A stretch of DNA of 64,000 bases from an uncultured virus (IMG/VR IMGVR_UViG_2724679570_000003) (IMGVR_UViG_2724679570_000003); one strand, 5' to 3'. Shown: positions 31,194-41,610, counted from the stretch's first letter. Numbers and translations: made by a program. Notes: generated from the letters alone by a model not told the origin.

Positions 31194-31496
31194 ATGATGA
31201 TGGAAAGAAATTATGTAGTTGTATGTAATAGACATAAAGGTATAAGTGGCTCATTATTATTCTGGGGGAATAAAACAGAAGATAATGCTAAAAGAAGAAG
31301 TTTTGGAGGATACAGAAGTAATTTTAATGAATGTGAGAAATACACACTACAGGAGATAAAAGAAAGTGGCTATAACTTCCCTATATACGGAAAAGATATA
31401 AACCATGATAATTACATGAAAGTTGAAGATTTCGCTATTGAAATTAAGAGATTAAAAAGGTTAGGTTATAGACCTATATTAATTTATTATGGATAG
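31194..31496 (+). CDS. hypothetical protein
   Basis: RBS; operon context. Confidence 0.6.
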   Translation: MMMERNYVVVCNRHKGISGSLLFWGNKTEDNAKRRSFGGYRSNFNECEKYTLQEIKESGYNFPIYGKDINHDNYMKVEDFAIEIKRLKRLGYRPILIYYG

Positions 31497-31613
31497 AATT
31501 ATGTTCACAATTCAAATATAATATAAAACAATTTAATAGATATATTAAAACAAGTATTTTATTTAAATTTGGGGGAGAGATAGGTTAATGTTAGATTTAA
31601 AAGGAGGGATTGA

Positions 31614-34175
31614 ATGAAAAGTCCACAGCTATTTTCATTATTAAAGTTAAAACTACAAGATTTTATAACATCAGAGAAAGAAAAAAAGACTAATAAAAAA
31701 GGTGTTACAAAAGAAAAAACAGTATATAAGTTAAATAATAATATAGTTTTGTCAAATGAACAATTTGAAGAAGCAACTATAAAGCAACAATACAACCATT
31801 TGTTTAGAATATTAAAAAATAAAAATAGAATAGAAAATAATTTTATAAAAGATGTATTATTTATAGATTGTAAAAATAATTCTAATTATCAAAAACAATT
31901 AGATGGGATTTTAAAAAAAGGTGTGTTTGTAAACAATATAAAATATAAATACTGGGGAAAATCAGCTAGTATGTCTAGAAATGGTATTTTAGGATTTGTG
32001 TCAGAAGAAATGTATGATGATATAGAAGAATATGCAATGATGGATATAAAATTTGATAAAACTATACTAAGTAAATTTGAAGCATATAAATGTTTACTAC
32101 TAAGTTCCTGTTTTTGTATAGAGGATGAATTACCTTACATGATAGTAGTTGATGATTATGAAACAGTTGTTAAAGATGTAAATATAAGATATGTAGATGA
32201 AAAGGAAGTTAATTACATTGATAATAAGACAGAAGAAGAAAAAATATTCAAGGAAAAGATAATAAAGCATGGTAAAAAAGATATTAACAATTGTATAAAT
32301 GATGGAGCAGGGTTCATATCCAAAGAATATGCTAAAAAAATAAGTGAGTATTTAGGGATAGAATATATTTTGTGTATAGCAATGTTACGAATTCCTTATG
32401 TGAAAGGTTTAGGTATAGCAATGGATTTTAAATCCTATTATAAATCTAAAGGAATAACGCATATAAAAGATATATGGGGAAAGGAACATAGAATAGAAGA
32501 TATAGATATTATATTAACTAAAAGTCAATATAAAGGATATAAGTATTTTAAACAAGATAATACATATAATGATTGGAAAAAGTATTTAAAATTATTAAAA
32601 AAATATAATTATTGTGTAGGTATAAGTAAATGGAATTATTCCCATGAAACTGAGCCAAAAATGACAAGGGCAAACTATCAAACGTTACAAACATTAGATA
32701 TTACAAAAGATGATTTAATTGAAATGTCTAAATACACTAGAAGTTGGATAGAAAAAATATTAGGTGGCGATTTATTATATGTTTATAAATATTTGGGGAT
32801 AGGAGAAAATACTGAACCATCAAACATTTATATGAAAGCTATAATGCTAAATCCTCAAATGATAAATGACATAAAAGTAAGAAGCTATTTGTATGGATTA
32901 TTAAAAAAGACAATAGATGAAATAAAAATAGGAAAAATATATATAAAAGGTGCTTTTAAATTCTTGATTCCTGATGTAATTATGATGTTAGAGTATATTG
33001 GGGGATTACCAATAAGAGGTTGCTTAAAAGAAGGAGAGATGTATGCAAAAGAACATGAAGGCGAATATGTTTTAAATAGAAATCCACATATTTGTAAAGC
33101 TGAACATATAATATTAAATGCTGTAAGTAATGATGATACTAAAAAATGGTTATTTCATTTAGAAAATGTATGTATGGTAAATGGATACGATGTAACCGCA
33201 CAATCTCTCAATGGGGCTGACTATGATGGTGATTTAGTGTTTGTGCATAACAATCCTATATTTATAAAAGGAATCAATAGAGATTCTTATATAGTGTTAG
33301 ATATAGAAGATAAAATAACAGCAAAAGAACAGCCTTATGATAAAAAACATATAATAGATTTTACTAAGAAGTCATTAAACAGTAGAATAGGTGAAATTTC
33401 TAATGGTGCATCTACATATCAAAATAAATTTGCTAAAGATGAAGAAACAAGAAAAAAATATGAAGATTATACTTGTTTATTATCAGTCATTAATGGAAAA
33501 GAAATTGATTATGTAAAAACAGGCATTCGTTGGAATGTGCCTAGAAATATTGCAAAAGGAGCAAAACCATTACCATATTTCTTAAAATATAAATATCCTA
33601 GCCAAAATAAACATAATAGATCAAAGACAAAAATGAATGAGCATTGTTGGTTTATTGAAAAGTGGGAAAGAAAACTTAAATTTAGTAAAAATTTCATCAA
33701 CACAAGTTATTGTATGATAAATAATAATATTCCTTTTGATGATGATAAATATAATAAAGTGGTAAAACTATTTGAACTATATAAGAAAGAATATAAAAGC
33801 AATAAAAATTTTGAAAATATGTGTAAGAATTATGAAAAATATCAATATGAATTGGAGGAACTAGACTTAAACAAAAAGGCAATAAAAGATTTTGAAATAG
33901 ACTGGGATAAATTTTATAAGAGATATAGAATTCAGTTTTTAGAAATTGTACCTAATCAATCAGAATTAGCAAATTATCTAGTAGAATTAGTTTATAATAA
34001 GATGAATGGTATGTATTATAATCAAATGTGGCAAATAGTTAAAGAGGGTATCTTAACCAATTTAAGAATAAATCAGATTAAGCCCATTTTAGTACCTAAA
34101 GAAACTAAAGATAATATGGGAACAGAGTATCTAGGTAGGTATTATAAATTTGTTGAATATAAGGGGTGCATATAA
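31614..34175 (+). CDS. yonO: YonO-like single-subunit double-psi-barrel RNA polymerase
   Basis: 853 aa; DGAG, NRNP and catalytic GADYDGD (DxDGD) motifs; upstream of an SPbeta-like late region. Confidence 0.88.
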   Translation: MKSPQLFSLLKLKLQDFITSEKEKKTNKKGVTKEKTVYKLNNNIVLSNEQFEEATIKQQYNHLFRILKNKNRIENNFIKDVLFIDCKNNSNYQKQLDGILKKGVFVNNIKYKYWGKSASMSRNGILGFVSEEMYDDIEEYAMMDIKFDKTILSKFEAYKCLLLSSCFCIEDELPYMIVVDDYETVVKDVNIRYVDEKEVNYIDNKTEEEKIFKEKIIKHGKKDINNCINDGAGFISKEYAKKISEYLGIEYILCIAMLRIPYVKGLGIAMDFKSYYKSKGITHIKDIWGKEHRIEDIDIILTKSQYKGYKYFKQDNTYNDWKKYLKLLKKYNYCVGISKWNYSHETEPKMTRANYQTLQTLDITKDDLIEMSKYTRSWIEKILGGDLLYVYKYLGIGENTEPSNIYMKAIMLNPQMINDIKVRSYLYGLLKKTIDEIKIGKIYIKGAFKFLIPDVIMMLEYIGGLPIRGCLKEGEMYAKEHEGEYVLNRNPHICKAEHIILNAVSNDDTKKWLFHLENVCMVNGYDVTAQSLNGADYDGDLVFVHNNPIFIKGINRDSYIVLDIEDKITAKEQPYDKKHIIDFTKKSLNSRIGEISNGASTYQNKFAKDEETRKKYEDYTCLLSVINGKEIDYVKTGIRWNVPRNIAKGAKPLPYFLKYKYPSQNKHNRSKTKMNEHCWFIEKWERKLKFSKNFINTSYCMINNNIPFDDDKYNKVVKLFELYKKEYKSNKNFENMCKNYEKYQYELEELDLNKKAIKDFEIDWDKFYKRYRIQFLEIVPNQSELANYLVELVYNKMNGMYYNQMWQIVKEGILTNLRINQIKPILVPKETKDNMGTEYLGRYYKFVEYKGCI

Positions 34176-35022
34176 CATGGGGTATTTAAATGAAGTGTTT
34201 AATACTTATTATTCTTCAACAGATAATAGCCAAAAGAATAATATTAAAGAAGGTTTTAAAAATATTATATGGAGATGTCTACCCTATACTAAATTAGATA
34301 GATTTTTTAAATTTAAAATATCCTATGATAACATTAGAGATGAAAAGATTTTAGATTTATTTAAAAAGTATAATTACATAGAATATAAAGTATTAAGATC
34401 AAGATATAATATTAATATTTTAGAGAAAGAAGACTTGATAAAAGCGAGAGTAAATAGTAATTATGGTAAATACTTTGATAAAGAGGTTTATTTAAAAAAA
34501 GACTATTATAAGGCTTTAGCAAATTATAAAAATATATATTTTAGATATTTAAATAAAGAAATTAATGATTCAATATTAAATAATCTGATAAAAGAAAACA
34601 ATACAAAAGTGGAATCTTTTAAAGAAAAGTCATTTAATCATAAATATGATATGACTTGGAAGGATTACAAGTTATTTGTTAATATGTGTTTTGATAAGAT
34701 ATTTGATAATTATAGACCAATAGAAGAAAAGGTAAAAAATAATGAATTTAAACCAAATCATATATTAGATTGGGATGAAGATAATTATATATTAGGATAT
34801 GTTAATAAAAGTCTAAATGGATATTTAAAGAATTACTTAAAAGAAAAAAAAGGAGATAGAAAAGAAAAGAGGTATAAAAAATGTGAGATTTGTGGAGTGT
34901 TAATAGAAAAGAAATCAAACAAAACTAAATATTGTCCAAGTTGTGCTAGAGAAATATTACAAGAACAAAAGAATAAATGGAAACGTGAAAAATGGAATAA
35001 AATTAATAAGGAAGAAAAATAG
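34150..35022 (+). CDS. putative transcription factor with C-terminal Zn ribbon
   Basis: CEICG...YCPSC; directly after the RNAP gene; probable start ATG 34177. Confidence 0.6.
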   Translation: MLNIRGAYNMGYLNEVFNTYYSSTDNSQKNNIKEGFKNIIWRCLPYTKLDRFFKFKISYDNIRDEKILDLFKKYNYIEYKVLRSRYNINILEKEDLIKARVNSNYGKYFDKEVYLKKDYYKALANYKNIYFRYLNKEINDSILNNLIKENNTKVESFKEKSFNHKYDMTWKDYKLFVNMCFDKIFDNYRPIEEKVKNNEFKPNHILDWDEDNYILGYVNKSLNGYLKNYLKEKKGDRKEKRYKKCEICGVLIEKKSNKTKYCPSCAREILQEQKNKWKREKWNKINKEEK

Positions 35023-35179
35023 AAAATACTTTCAAACGTAGTCATACCAATAATTAGACTGCATTATGCTGTTATTTTCCTTTTAATGAGTAGCAAGATA
35101 TAATAAAATCAAGAATTTATAAAAAAGCAGTTAAGCAAGAGAGTAGCTACAACTACCCTCTATAAATATATTTTTCCCT

Positions 35180-35490
35180 ATATGCTTTCGTTTGGCGGCT
35201 TAATCATATTTATAAAAATAATAAGGTACGCCAATACCTTATTAAAATAAATGTTGGGAATAATTTACCTTCCCATGTGTTTTTTACTAAATAATCTAAT
35301 TGCTTAATGTCTTATCTACGCCAATAGATAAGCATTATGAAACAACGGAGTAAAGCTCCAATTAATCAAGACAACTTTAAATTGACCCACTACGCCTCTT
35401 AACAATGCGAACCGAGTGCAGTATTAGTGGACGAAGTACAAGTCAACGCATTAAGCATGGTCTAGCCGAGAATACGGTCTGGTGCTAATA
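35180..35490 (+). ncRNA. candidate structured non-coding RNA / late leader
   Basis: Two hairpins with identical CGCCAA loops and a GC-rich multistem domain; no ORF. Confidence 0.4.
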
Positions 35491-35518
35491 TAAGTATTTG
35501 TAAAGGGAGAATAATTAT

Positions 35519-35713
35519 ATGAAAATAGAATTTAAAAATAGTAATAAAATATTAAATACTGATGTTGGAGTAGTTGTAACTTCAAAAGATGGTTGGTCGA
35601 GAATATGTTTAGCTAAAAATCATAACTATATTTTTATAAATGATGATGATATAATGTGTTTTTCTGTATTAGATGAATATAAAAATGGTGATATACAAGG
35701 AGCTAAAATATAA
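35519..35713 (+). CDS. hypothetical protein
   Basis: AAAGGGAG RBS. Confidence 0.6.
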   Translation: MKIEFKNSNKILNTDVGVVVTSKDGWSRICLAKNHNYIFINDDDIMCFSVLDEYKNGDIQGAKI

Positions 35714-35863
35714 AATAATTTAACGATAGGAAGTAACTTAATTAAATAGATAATTTTTTTCATTGATATGGGTAGATTTCATATTTACCCAATCCCTCCC
35801 TCCTATTTTTTAAGAGGGAATGAATAAGATATATGATCCAATAGGATTTATATAAAATATAAA

Positions 35864-36775
35864 GTGTGGCTACTGAAAGCTAGAAGGAGAATCAATATGG
35901 ATAGTTTTAATGAAAAAGTAGTGGAAAATTTAAAAAACGAGGTAGAATATTTGAATCATTCTTTAGCTAGAGCTAGAGAAAGTGGGAACTTCTCTATGTA
36001 TAAGAATTTAATTAATAGTTACAGAGAAACTGTAATGTTAATCAATGAGTTATCAGAAAATAAAAAATGCAAATCTAATATAATACAAACATCAGATAAA
36101 ATAATTATGCAAGTTGAGAATAGACAACTTACTACAGAGAATAATGAGGTTATAATAGATAAAAATGGAATTAATATAAAGAATACAAATGGTATTAATA
36201 TAAAAAATAAAATAGATTATTGGAAAACTGATGAATATAAAATAAGATGTGCAATTGAAAAAGAGATTGAAGAATGTATTAATAAAATAGAATTTGAATA
36301 TAAAGATTATATTGAACATTTTAGAGTTGCTAGAACAATTGGTGAAAGATATGATGTCACATTTTTTATTACCAATGAGGATATACTAGAGCAATTCAAA
36401 CAAGCAATTTCTAATATATTAGAAAAAATAACATTAAAACGATTTATTGGTGATATTAGAGGCTATGTTAAAGAATACAATGAAAATAAGATATTTTGCG
36501 AAGAATGTAAAAAACAATTAAATAAAGAAGATTTTTATAAAATAGATAATTCAGAATATCCTATTTGTAAAAATTGTTTAAGAAAAATGATTAGAGATGA
36601 AAATGATGAGTTTGATGTAGATAAATTTGAAACTATATTAAAAGATATGAAAGTAGAATTTATTGGTTCTATATTTTATTCAGTTATTGGAAATGTAATA
36701 CATAAAGATTATAATATTATAGGTGATTATTTAAGAAAATATTTACCTTATAAACTTACACAAAAAATTGAATAA
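35864..36775 (+). CDS. mosaic protein with C-terminal Zn finger
   Basis: Probable start ATG 35897; N-terminus resembles 36833, C-terminus resembles the N-terminus of 43670. Confidence 0.7.
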   Translation: MWLLKARRRINMDSFNEKVVENLKNEVEYLNHSLARARESGNFSMYKNLINSYRETVMLINELSENKKCKSNIIQTSDKIIMQVENRQLTTENNEVIIDKNGINIKNTNGINIKNKIDYWKTDEYKIRCAIEKEIEECINKIEFEYKDYIEHFRVARTIGERYDVTFFITNEDILEQFKQAISNILEKITLKRFIGDIRGYVKEYNENKIFCEECKKQLNKEDFYKIDNSEYPICKNCLRKMIRDENDEFDVDKFETILKDMKVEFIGSIFYSVIGNVIHKDYNIIGDYLRKYLPYKLTQKIE

Positions 36776-36832
36776 TTAATTTAAAATCGTTATTTTATGT
36801 AAAATAATTTTACATTTAAATAAAATATATGG

Positions 36833-37585
36833 GTGATGACCGACATCAAGGAGAAGAACATGAATTTTGAAAAACACTTAAATAATTTAGAAAAAGAATT
36901 GTATTTACTGAATGACAAAATTGTACAGGCTAGGGAAGATGAGAATTGGGGTACTTATAAGAACTTAATACTATCTTACAAAGAAATATTAAATTTAATA
37001 AATAATTTCAATGTTAAAACTAATGAAGAATTAGAAAATAATCAGTTTAAAGTACCAGTGAAATTTTCTATTAAAGAAATTAGATGTAATTCTAATTATA
37101 AAATAGATAATTTTAATTGTGATTGTCCTATAGTTATAGATGAAAACGTAAATGGTTTTGAATTTATAGTAGATATTATATTAAACGGAGTAATAAATAA
37201 CAGTTTTAAAATAACAAGAGAAACATTTAAAAATAGATTAATAACAAAAGCAAAAGAAATGCCTTATAAAGCTTATAAATGGGGTGGAAATACTCCAGAA
37301 TTAGGATTTGATTGCTCAGGTCTAGTACAATATGTTTATAAAAATAGTACAGGACTAAAAATAGGAAGGACTGTATATGATCAATTAAAAAAAGGTAATA
37401 TAATAGCTAAAAATAAATTACAAGCTGGTGATGTAGTGTTCTTTGGAAGAAAAGATATTCCGTATCATGTAGGAATTTATTTAGGCAATGATGAATATAT
37501 ACATTCACCAAAGTCAGGTGATGTGGTAAAAATATCTAAATTAAGTAATAGGAATGATTATATTACTGCTAGAAGGTATTTTTAG
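36833..37585 (+). CDS. NlpC/P60 family peptidoglycan endopeptidase
   Basis: YKWGG...FDCSGLVQYVY...GDVVFF...HVGIYLG...IHSP. Confidence 0.9.
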   Translation: MMTDIKEKNMNFEKHLNNLEKELYLLNDKIVQAREDENWGTYKNLILSYKEILNLINNFNVKTNEELENNQFKVPVKFSIKEIRCNSNYKIDNFNCDCPIVIDENVNGFEFIVDIILNGVINNSFKITRETFKNRLITKAKEMPYKAYKWGGNTPELGFDCSGLVQYVYKNSTGLKIGRTVYDQLKKGNIIAKNKLQAGDVVFFGRKDIPYHVGIYLGNDEYIHSPKSGDVVKISKLSNRNDYITARRYF

Positions 37586-37681
37586 ATACAATAATTTATA
37601 AAGTTAAAAACCACAAAAGTGGTTTATATAAACAAAATAATAAAATTTTTTAAAAAGAGATATTTTAAGGAGGAAACAAAT

Positions 37682-37969
37682 ATGGTAAAAAATGAATTAT
37701 TAAAAAGAATGGTTGAAGAAACTAAAGGAGAATTAAATCAAAAGCAATGTGACTTAGCATTAAAAGCATTTGAGGAAGTAGTAGGAAAAGCTTTAGAAAA
37801 CGGAGATAAAGTTGCATTAACAGGATTCATGACAATAGAAACCAAAGCAGTTGCAGAAAGAGAGTGTTTAGCTAATCCTAGACAGCCAGAATTAGGTAAA
37901 AAAGTTATTCCTGCACATAAAGGTGTAAAAGTAAAAATAGGTAAAGGGCTAAAAGATAGAGTGATTTAA
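37682..37969 (+). CDS. HU-family DNA-binding protein (YonN-like)
   Basis: MVKNELL...GDKVALTGF...R...NP....IPA...K.GK.LKD; AAGGAGG RBS before ATG 37682. Confidence 0.9.
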   Translation: MVKNELLKRMVEETKGELNQKQCDLALKAFEEVVGKALENGDKVALTGFMTIETKAVAERECLANPRQPELGKKVIPAHKGVKVKIGKGLKDRVI

Positions 37970-38069
37970 TATAAAATAATTTTAAAATTAAATGTATAAA
38001 TATACATAAATAAACTTATATGTGAGAGGATGTATATCCTTTCACCTCTGTAAGAGAGGGAGTATTAAA

Positions 38070-39293
38070 ATGGATAAAAATATTAAAGTGTTCATAGATA
38101 CAAATATTTTATTACATACTGATAACTTAGATGTATTATTAGAGGAATATGGTGAATTGTATTTATCTAGTATAGTTATTGAAGAATTAGAATCAATAAA
38201 AACAGACTCCAGAAAAGATAATGAAGTTAAGTTTAAAGGACGAATCGCATTAAGACATATAATTGAAAATGAAGATAAGTATAAAGTAATATTATGTGAA
38301 GACAAACACAGAAAGATTTGTGAGGATAAGCATTTAGAACAGAACAATGATAATTTAATTATTGCGACTGCTTATGAAGAAGGTAAAAGAAGTGACGTTA
38401 AGTTTATAAGCAATGATATTTTAGCTTACAAAATAGCTAAAGAAATATTTGGTTTAGACTCAATGAGATTAATTCAACAAGAAGATGAATATAAAGGTTT
38501 TAAGGAATTCACAGGAAGTACAGACGATATTAATGAATTATTCTATCAATATGATAGTGGAAATAATTCATTAAATTTATTAGAAAATGAATATTTGATT
38601 TTGAAAAATACAGACTTAGATAAAGTTTATGAATATAGATTTAATAATGGAGAACTTAATTTGATAAAATTACCTCCATCAAAAGTTGTTAAAGGGTGGA
38701 ATAGTAAGCAGCGATGTGCCTTAGACCTGCTGATGGATAAAAATATTCCTATTAAAATAATAGCAGGTAATTTTGGTAGTGGAAAGACTGTTCTTAGTAT
38801 TAGAACAGCAGTATATCATATTTTAGATAAAGGAAATTATTCAAAAATAATGTTAGTAAGAAACCCTCTAGGTTCAGGTGAAGAAATTGGATATCTAAAA
38901 GGTACAAAAGAAGATAAAATAAGAGAATTTTATAAACCAATAGAACAAAATTTAGATGGTGGAGAATTTCAGTTAAATGATATGGTAATGAAAGGACAAT
39001 TAGAAATGGAGATACCATATTACATGAAGGGCATGAGCTTAAAAGATACATTTGTTTTAGTTGATGAATGTGAAGATTTAAATAAGAAAATATTTAAATT
39101 AATAGGTTCAAGAGTAGGAAATAACTCATGTGTAGCTTTTGTAGGAGATTGGAAACAAGCAGAAGCAAAGTATGTACATGATAATGGATTGATTCAGTTT
39201 ATACAATATGCAAAAGGAAATCCACTAGTAGGGATAGTAGTCTTAGATGAAGATGTAAGGTCTAGTGCAAGTAAGTTATTTGCAGATTTTTAA
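38070..39293 (+). CDS. PIN-PhoH (PhoH2/YlaK-like) protein
   Basis: FIDTNILL PIN domain; GNFGSGKT Walker A; VDECED; GDWKQ. Confidence 0.9.
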   Translation: MDKNIKVFIDTNILLHTDNLDVLLEEYGELYLSSIVIEELESIKTDSRKDNEVKFKGRIALRHIIENEDKYKVILCEDKHRKICEDKHLEQNNDNLIIATAYEEGKRSDVKFISNDILAYKIAKEIFGLDSMRLIQQEDEYKGFKEFTGSTDDINELFYQYDSGNNSLNLLENEYLILKNTDLDKVYEYRFNNGELNLIKLPPSKVVKGWNSKQRCALDLLMDKNIPIKIIAGNFGSGKTVLSIRTAVYHILDKGNYSKIMLVRNPLGSGEEIGYLKGTKEDKIREFYKPIEQNLDGGEFQLNDMVMKGQLEMEIPYYMKGMSLKDTFVLVDECEDLNKKIFKLIGSRVGNNSCVAFVGDWKQAEAKYVHDNGLIQFIQYAKGNPLVGIVVLDEDVRSSASKLFADF

Positions 39294-39344
39294 TAATATA
39301 AAATAATTTAATAAAATAATATTTTTAAAGGAGAGATTTTATAA

Positions 39345-39539
39345 ATGGCAAAACAATCATTAAATACAACTTTTAAAAATGCTGAAATTACAGAGGAAGA
39401 CGGAATATTTACGGTTACTGAATATAGTAAAGATGAGACAAAAGTTTATAATTTAACAGAAGTATTAAGAAATCATTTAAATATGGAAGGCTTATCAATT
39501 AGAATAGCAAAAGATAGTGAGCTGCCTTCAGAAGAATAG
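39345..39539 (+). CDS. yonK: YonK-family protein
   Basis: 64 aa, TE..KD....Y.L..VL pattern; SPbeta-like position. Confidence 0.65.
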   Translation: MAKQSLNTTFKNAEITEEDGIFTVTEYSKDETKVYNLTEVLRNHLNMEGLSIRIAKDSELPSEE

Positions 39540-39600
39540 GTATAAAACAAAGATTTTATATAAAACAATTTAATAAAAATAGTTTTAAAAGGAGAAAAAT

Positions 39601-39846
39601 ATGTATATTCCATTTAGTGAAATGACAGAAAATCAAAGCAACATTAACAAATCAACAGAATGTATAATATCTGAAAAAGAATATGTTAGATTGAAAAATA
39701 TAATAGAAGAATTAAGTAAAATTGATTTTTTTAATAATATGGGAATAAGTAAACAACCTACAAATGTAACTATAAACATTTATAATGACAAACAAGATGA
39801 TTTTAAATTAGCTGAGACAATAGTAAAACAGTTGAAACAAATATAA
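39601..39846 (+). CDS. hypothetical protein
   Basis: AAGGAG RBS. Confidence 0.6.
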   Translation: MYIPFSEMTENQSNINKSTECIISEKEYVRLKNIIEELSKIDFFNNMGISKQPTNVTINIYNDKQDDFKLAETIVKQLKQI

Positions 39847-39871
39847 AATTTGTAATAAAGAGAAACTTCAA

Positions 39872-40177
39872 ATGAATAATAAAAATGGAACAGTCTATTT
39901 TATATTAGATACATCTGCTGCTAATTTAGTCAAGATTGGATTCACAAGGAATTTAAAAAGAAGAATAAAACAATTAGAAACATCAAATTGCAATTTAAGA
40001 TTAATACATAAAATAGAAAATTGTGACATGGAATATGAAAAGAGTTTACATATTTTCTTTCAGACAGAAAGAGTTAAAAACGAATGGTTTAATTATGGAG
40101 ATTCAATTAAAGAATGGATAAAAAGAGATAAAATTAAAAAAGAATATTTTGAAAAAGTTAAAAAGTTAAAAAGTTAA
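39872..40177 (+). CDS. GIY-YIG (T5orf172-like) nuclease
   Basis: VYFI...VKIGFT...RRIKQL...E..LH..F....EWF. Confidence 0.85.
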   Translation: MNNKNGTVYFILDTSAANLVKIGFTRNLKRRIKQLETSNCNLRLIHKIENCDMEYEKSLHIFFQTERVKNEWFNYGDSIKEWIKRDKIKKEYFEKVKKLKS

Positions 40178-40339
40178 AAATTTAAGTTAGCTATGACTTG
40201 TACAAGCATAGACCAAACTAATTAGAGGTAGATAGTTAAATCTACCTCTTTATTAAATTTAAAATAATTTGCAAATATTATAAAATTCATCTTTTATTTT
40301 ATATAAGAGGTAAATTTTTAGTGTTTATAGGAAAGATGT

Positions 40340-40414
40340 ATGGGTTTAGTGTAATGTGTAGCACGACAGTCTCCAAAACTGTTAGTGAGGGTTCAAATCC
40401 CTCAGTCCATGCCA
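40340..40414 (+). tRNA. tRNA-Trp(CCA)
   Basis: Acceptor ATGGGTT/AGTCCAT, anticodon arm ACAGT-CTCCAAA-ACTGT, T arm GAGGG-TTCAAAT-CCCTC, encoded CCA. Confidence 0.92.
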
Positions 40415-40567
40415 AATTTTTAAAGCTATTTTTGAAGAGTGAATTAAACACTCTATCGCACTCCTACAGCGATTTAGATACTAAGGAGAAGGGATAGAAC
40501 GAACTTAATTCCTTCTTCAAAGATAGCTTTTTAGTTATCTAAATTTTAAGCTGTAGGAGGCATAAGT

Positions 40568-41359
40568 ATGAAAAAATTTAGTAAAAGATTTTTAAAAGAA
40601 GTTTTAGGTTTTAATGAGGAAGAAATAAAATTAACAATGGAATGTCAAAGAAAATTTCCAGAATTATTAACAAATGAGGCGAAAGAAATTGACAGTGCTA
40701 GAGAACTATATCTTAAATTAGGTTTAAAAGAAACAAACTGGTCAAGATGGAGTAAGAAAAACATATTAAACAATGAATTTTTCAAAGAAAATATTGATTG
40801 GAAGTCACTCTTCTTTAAGACGAATGGAGACAAATCAAGGTCTGAAGGGAATTTTGCTAAAGATTTTTCTATATCTATAGAAATGGCAAAACATTTATCT
40901 ATGATGGCAAGAACAGAAAACTCATATAGGTTTAGACAATATTTTATATTAATTGAAAAATCAATTCGAGGACTTCAAGAACATAATGAAGTTAGAGAAC
41001 CAGAAAAAGAAAATTATAATTTAATGAAAGAAGCAATTGTAAAAGATTATTCTAGTAAGCATGATAATGTTACTGAATTTGATATTAATTACTTAATGAT
41101 TAGAGAGAGTAATATGATAAATCAAAATTTATTAGGATTTAAAGCAAATGAAGTAAGAAGTAAATTAGGTTATGTTGATAAAGAAACAAGAGAGCATTTA
41201 GAAATAAGTAATAATAAGATTATTAATGAGTTGGAAATTATAATAATTGGGTTAGTAACAGCAGGAGTTGAATTTGATGAAAGAAATAAAATTATTAAAA
41301 ATATATGTGATAAAAAATATAAACATGTTAAAGAAGAATTTGTAAATAAAATAATTTAA
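40568..41359 (+). CDS. AntA/AntB-family antirepressor
   Basis: SARELY..LG....WSRW...F.ENIDW...IEMAKHLSMM...RQYFI.IE. Confidence 0.8.
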   Translation: MKKFSKRFLKEVLGFNEEEIKLTMECQRKFPELLTNEAKEIDSARELYLKLGLKETNWSRWSKKNILNNEFFKENIDWKSLFFKTNGDKSRSEGNFAKDFSISIEMAKHLSMMARTENSYRFRQYFILIEKSIRGLQEHNEVREPEKENYNLMKEAIVKDYSSKHDNVTEFDINYLMIRESNMINQNLLGFKANEVRSKLGYVDKETREHLEISNNKIINELEIIIIGLVTAGVEFDERNKIIKNICDKKYKHVKEEFVNKII

Positions 41360-41402
41360 TAAAGTCAAATAATACATATTTTAAAAGGAGAATTTTTAAA
41401 TA

Positions 41403-41558
41403 ATGAACATAGAAGAAAGATATGGACAGAAAATCAAATGTAAAGAATGTGGTAGAGAAATAATATTAGATGAGTTTAGTATTGAAAAGGTGGGTACAAG
41501 TACATATGTAGTCTATTGCGAAAATGGATGTGAATTTATATTAGATGAAAAGTTTTAA
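41403..41558 (+). CDS. small zinc-finger protein (51 aa)
   Basis: Own translation: CKECG...CENGC; AAGGAG RBS. Confidence 0.55.
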   Translation: MNIEERYGQKIKCKECGREIILDEFSIEKVGTSTYVVYCENGCEFILDEKF

Positions 41559-41610
41559 TATAAGATAATTTAATGATTATATTTTAAAATAGTTTTCAAA
41601 GGAGAAAATA

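Noticed and set aside
31614..34175. Eukaryotic RNA-dependent RNA polymerase acquired horizontally
   Set aside because: RdRP-like motifs are expected of the YonO family, and the gene context is SPbeta-like.
40153..40180. AAAAGTTA tandem repeat
   Set aside because: Short slippage repeat at a gene end with no sign of function.
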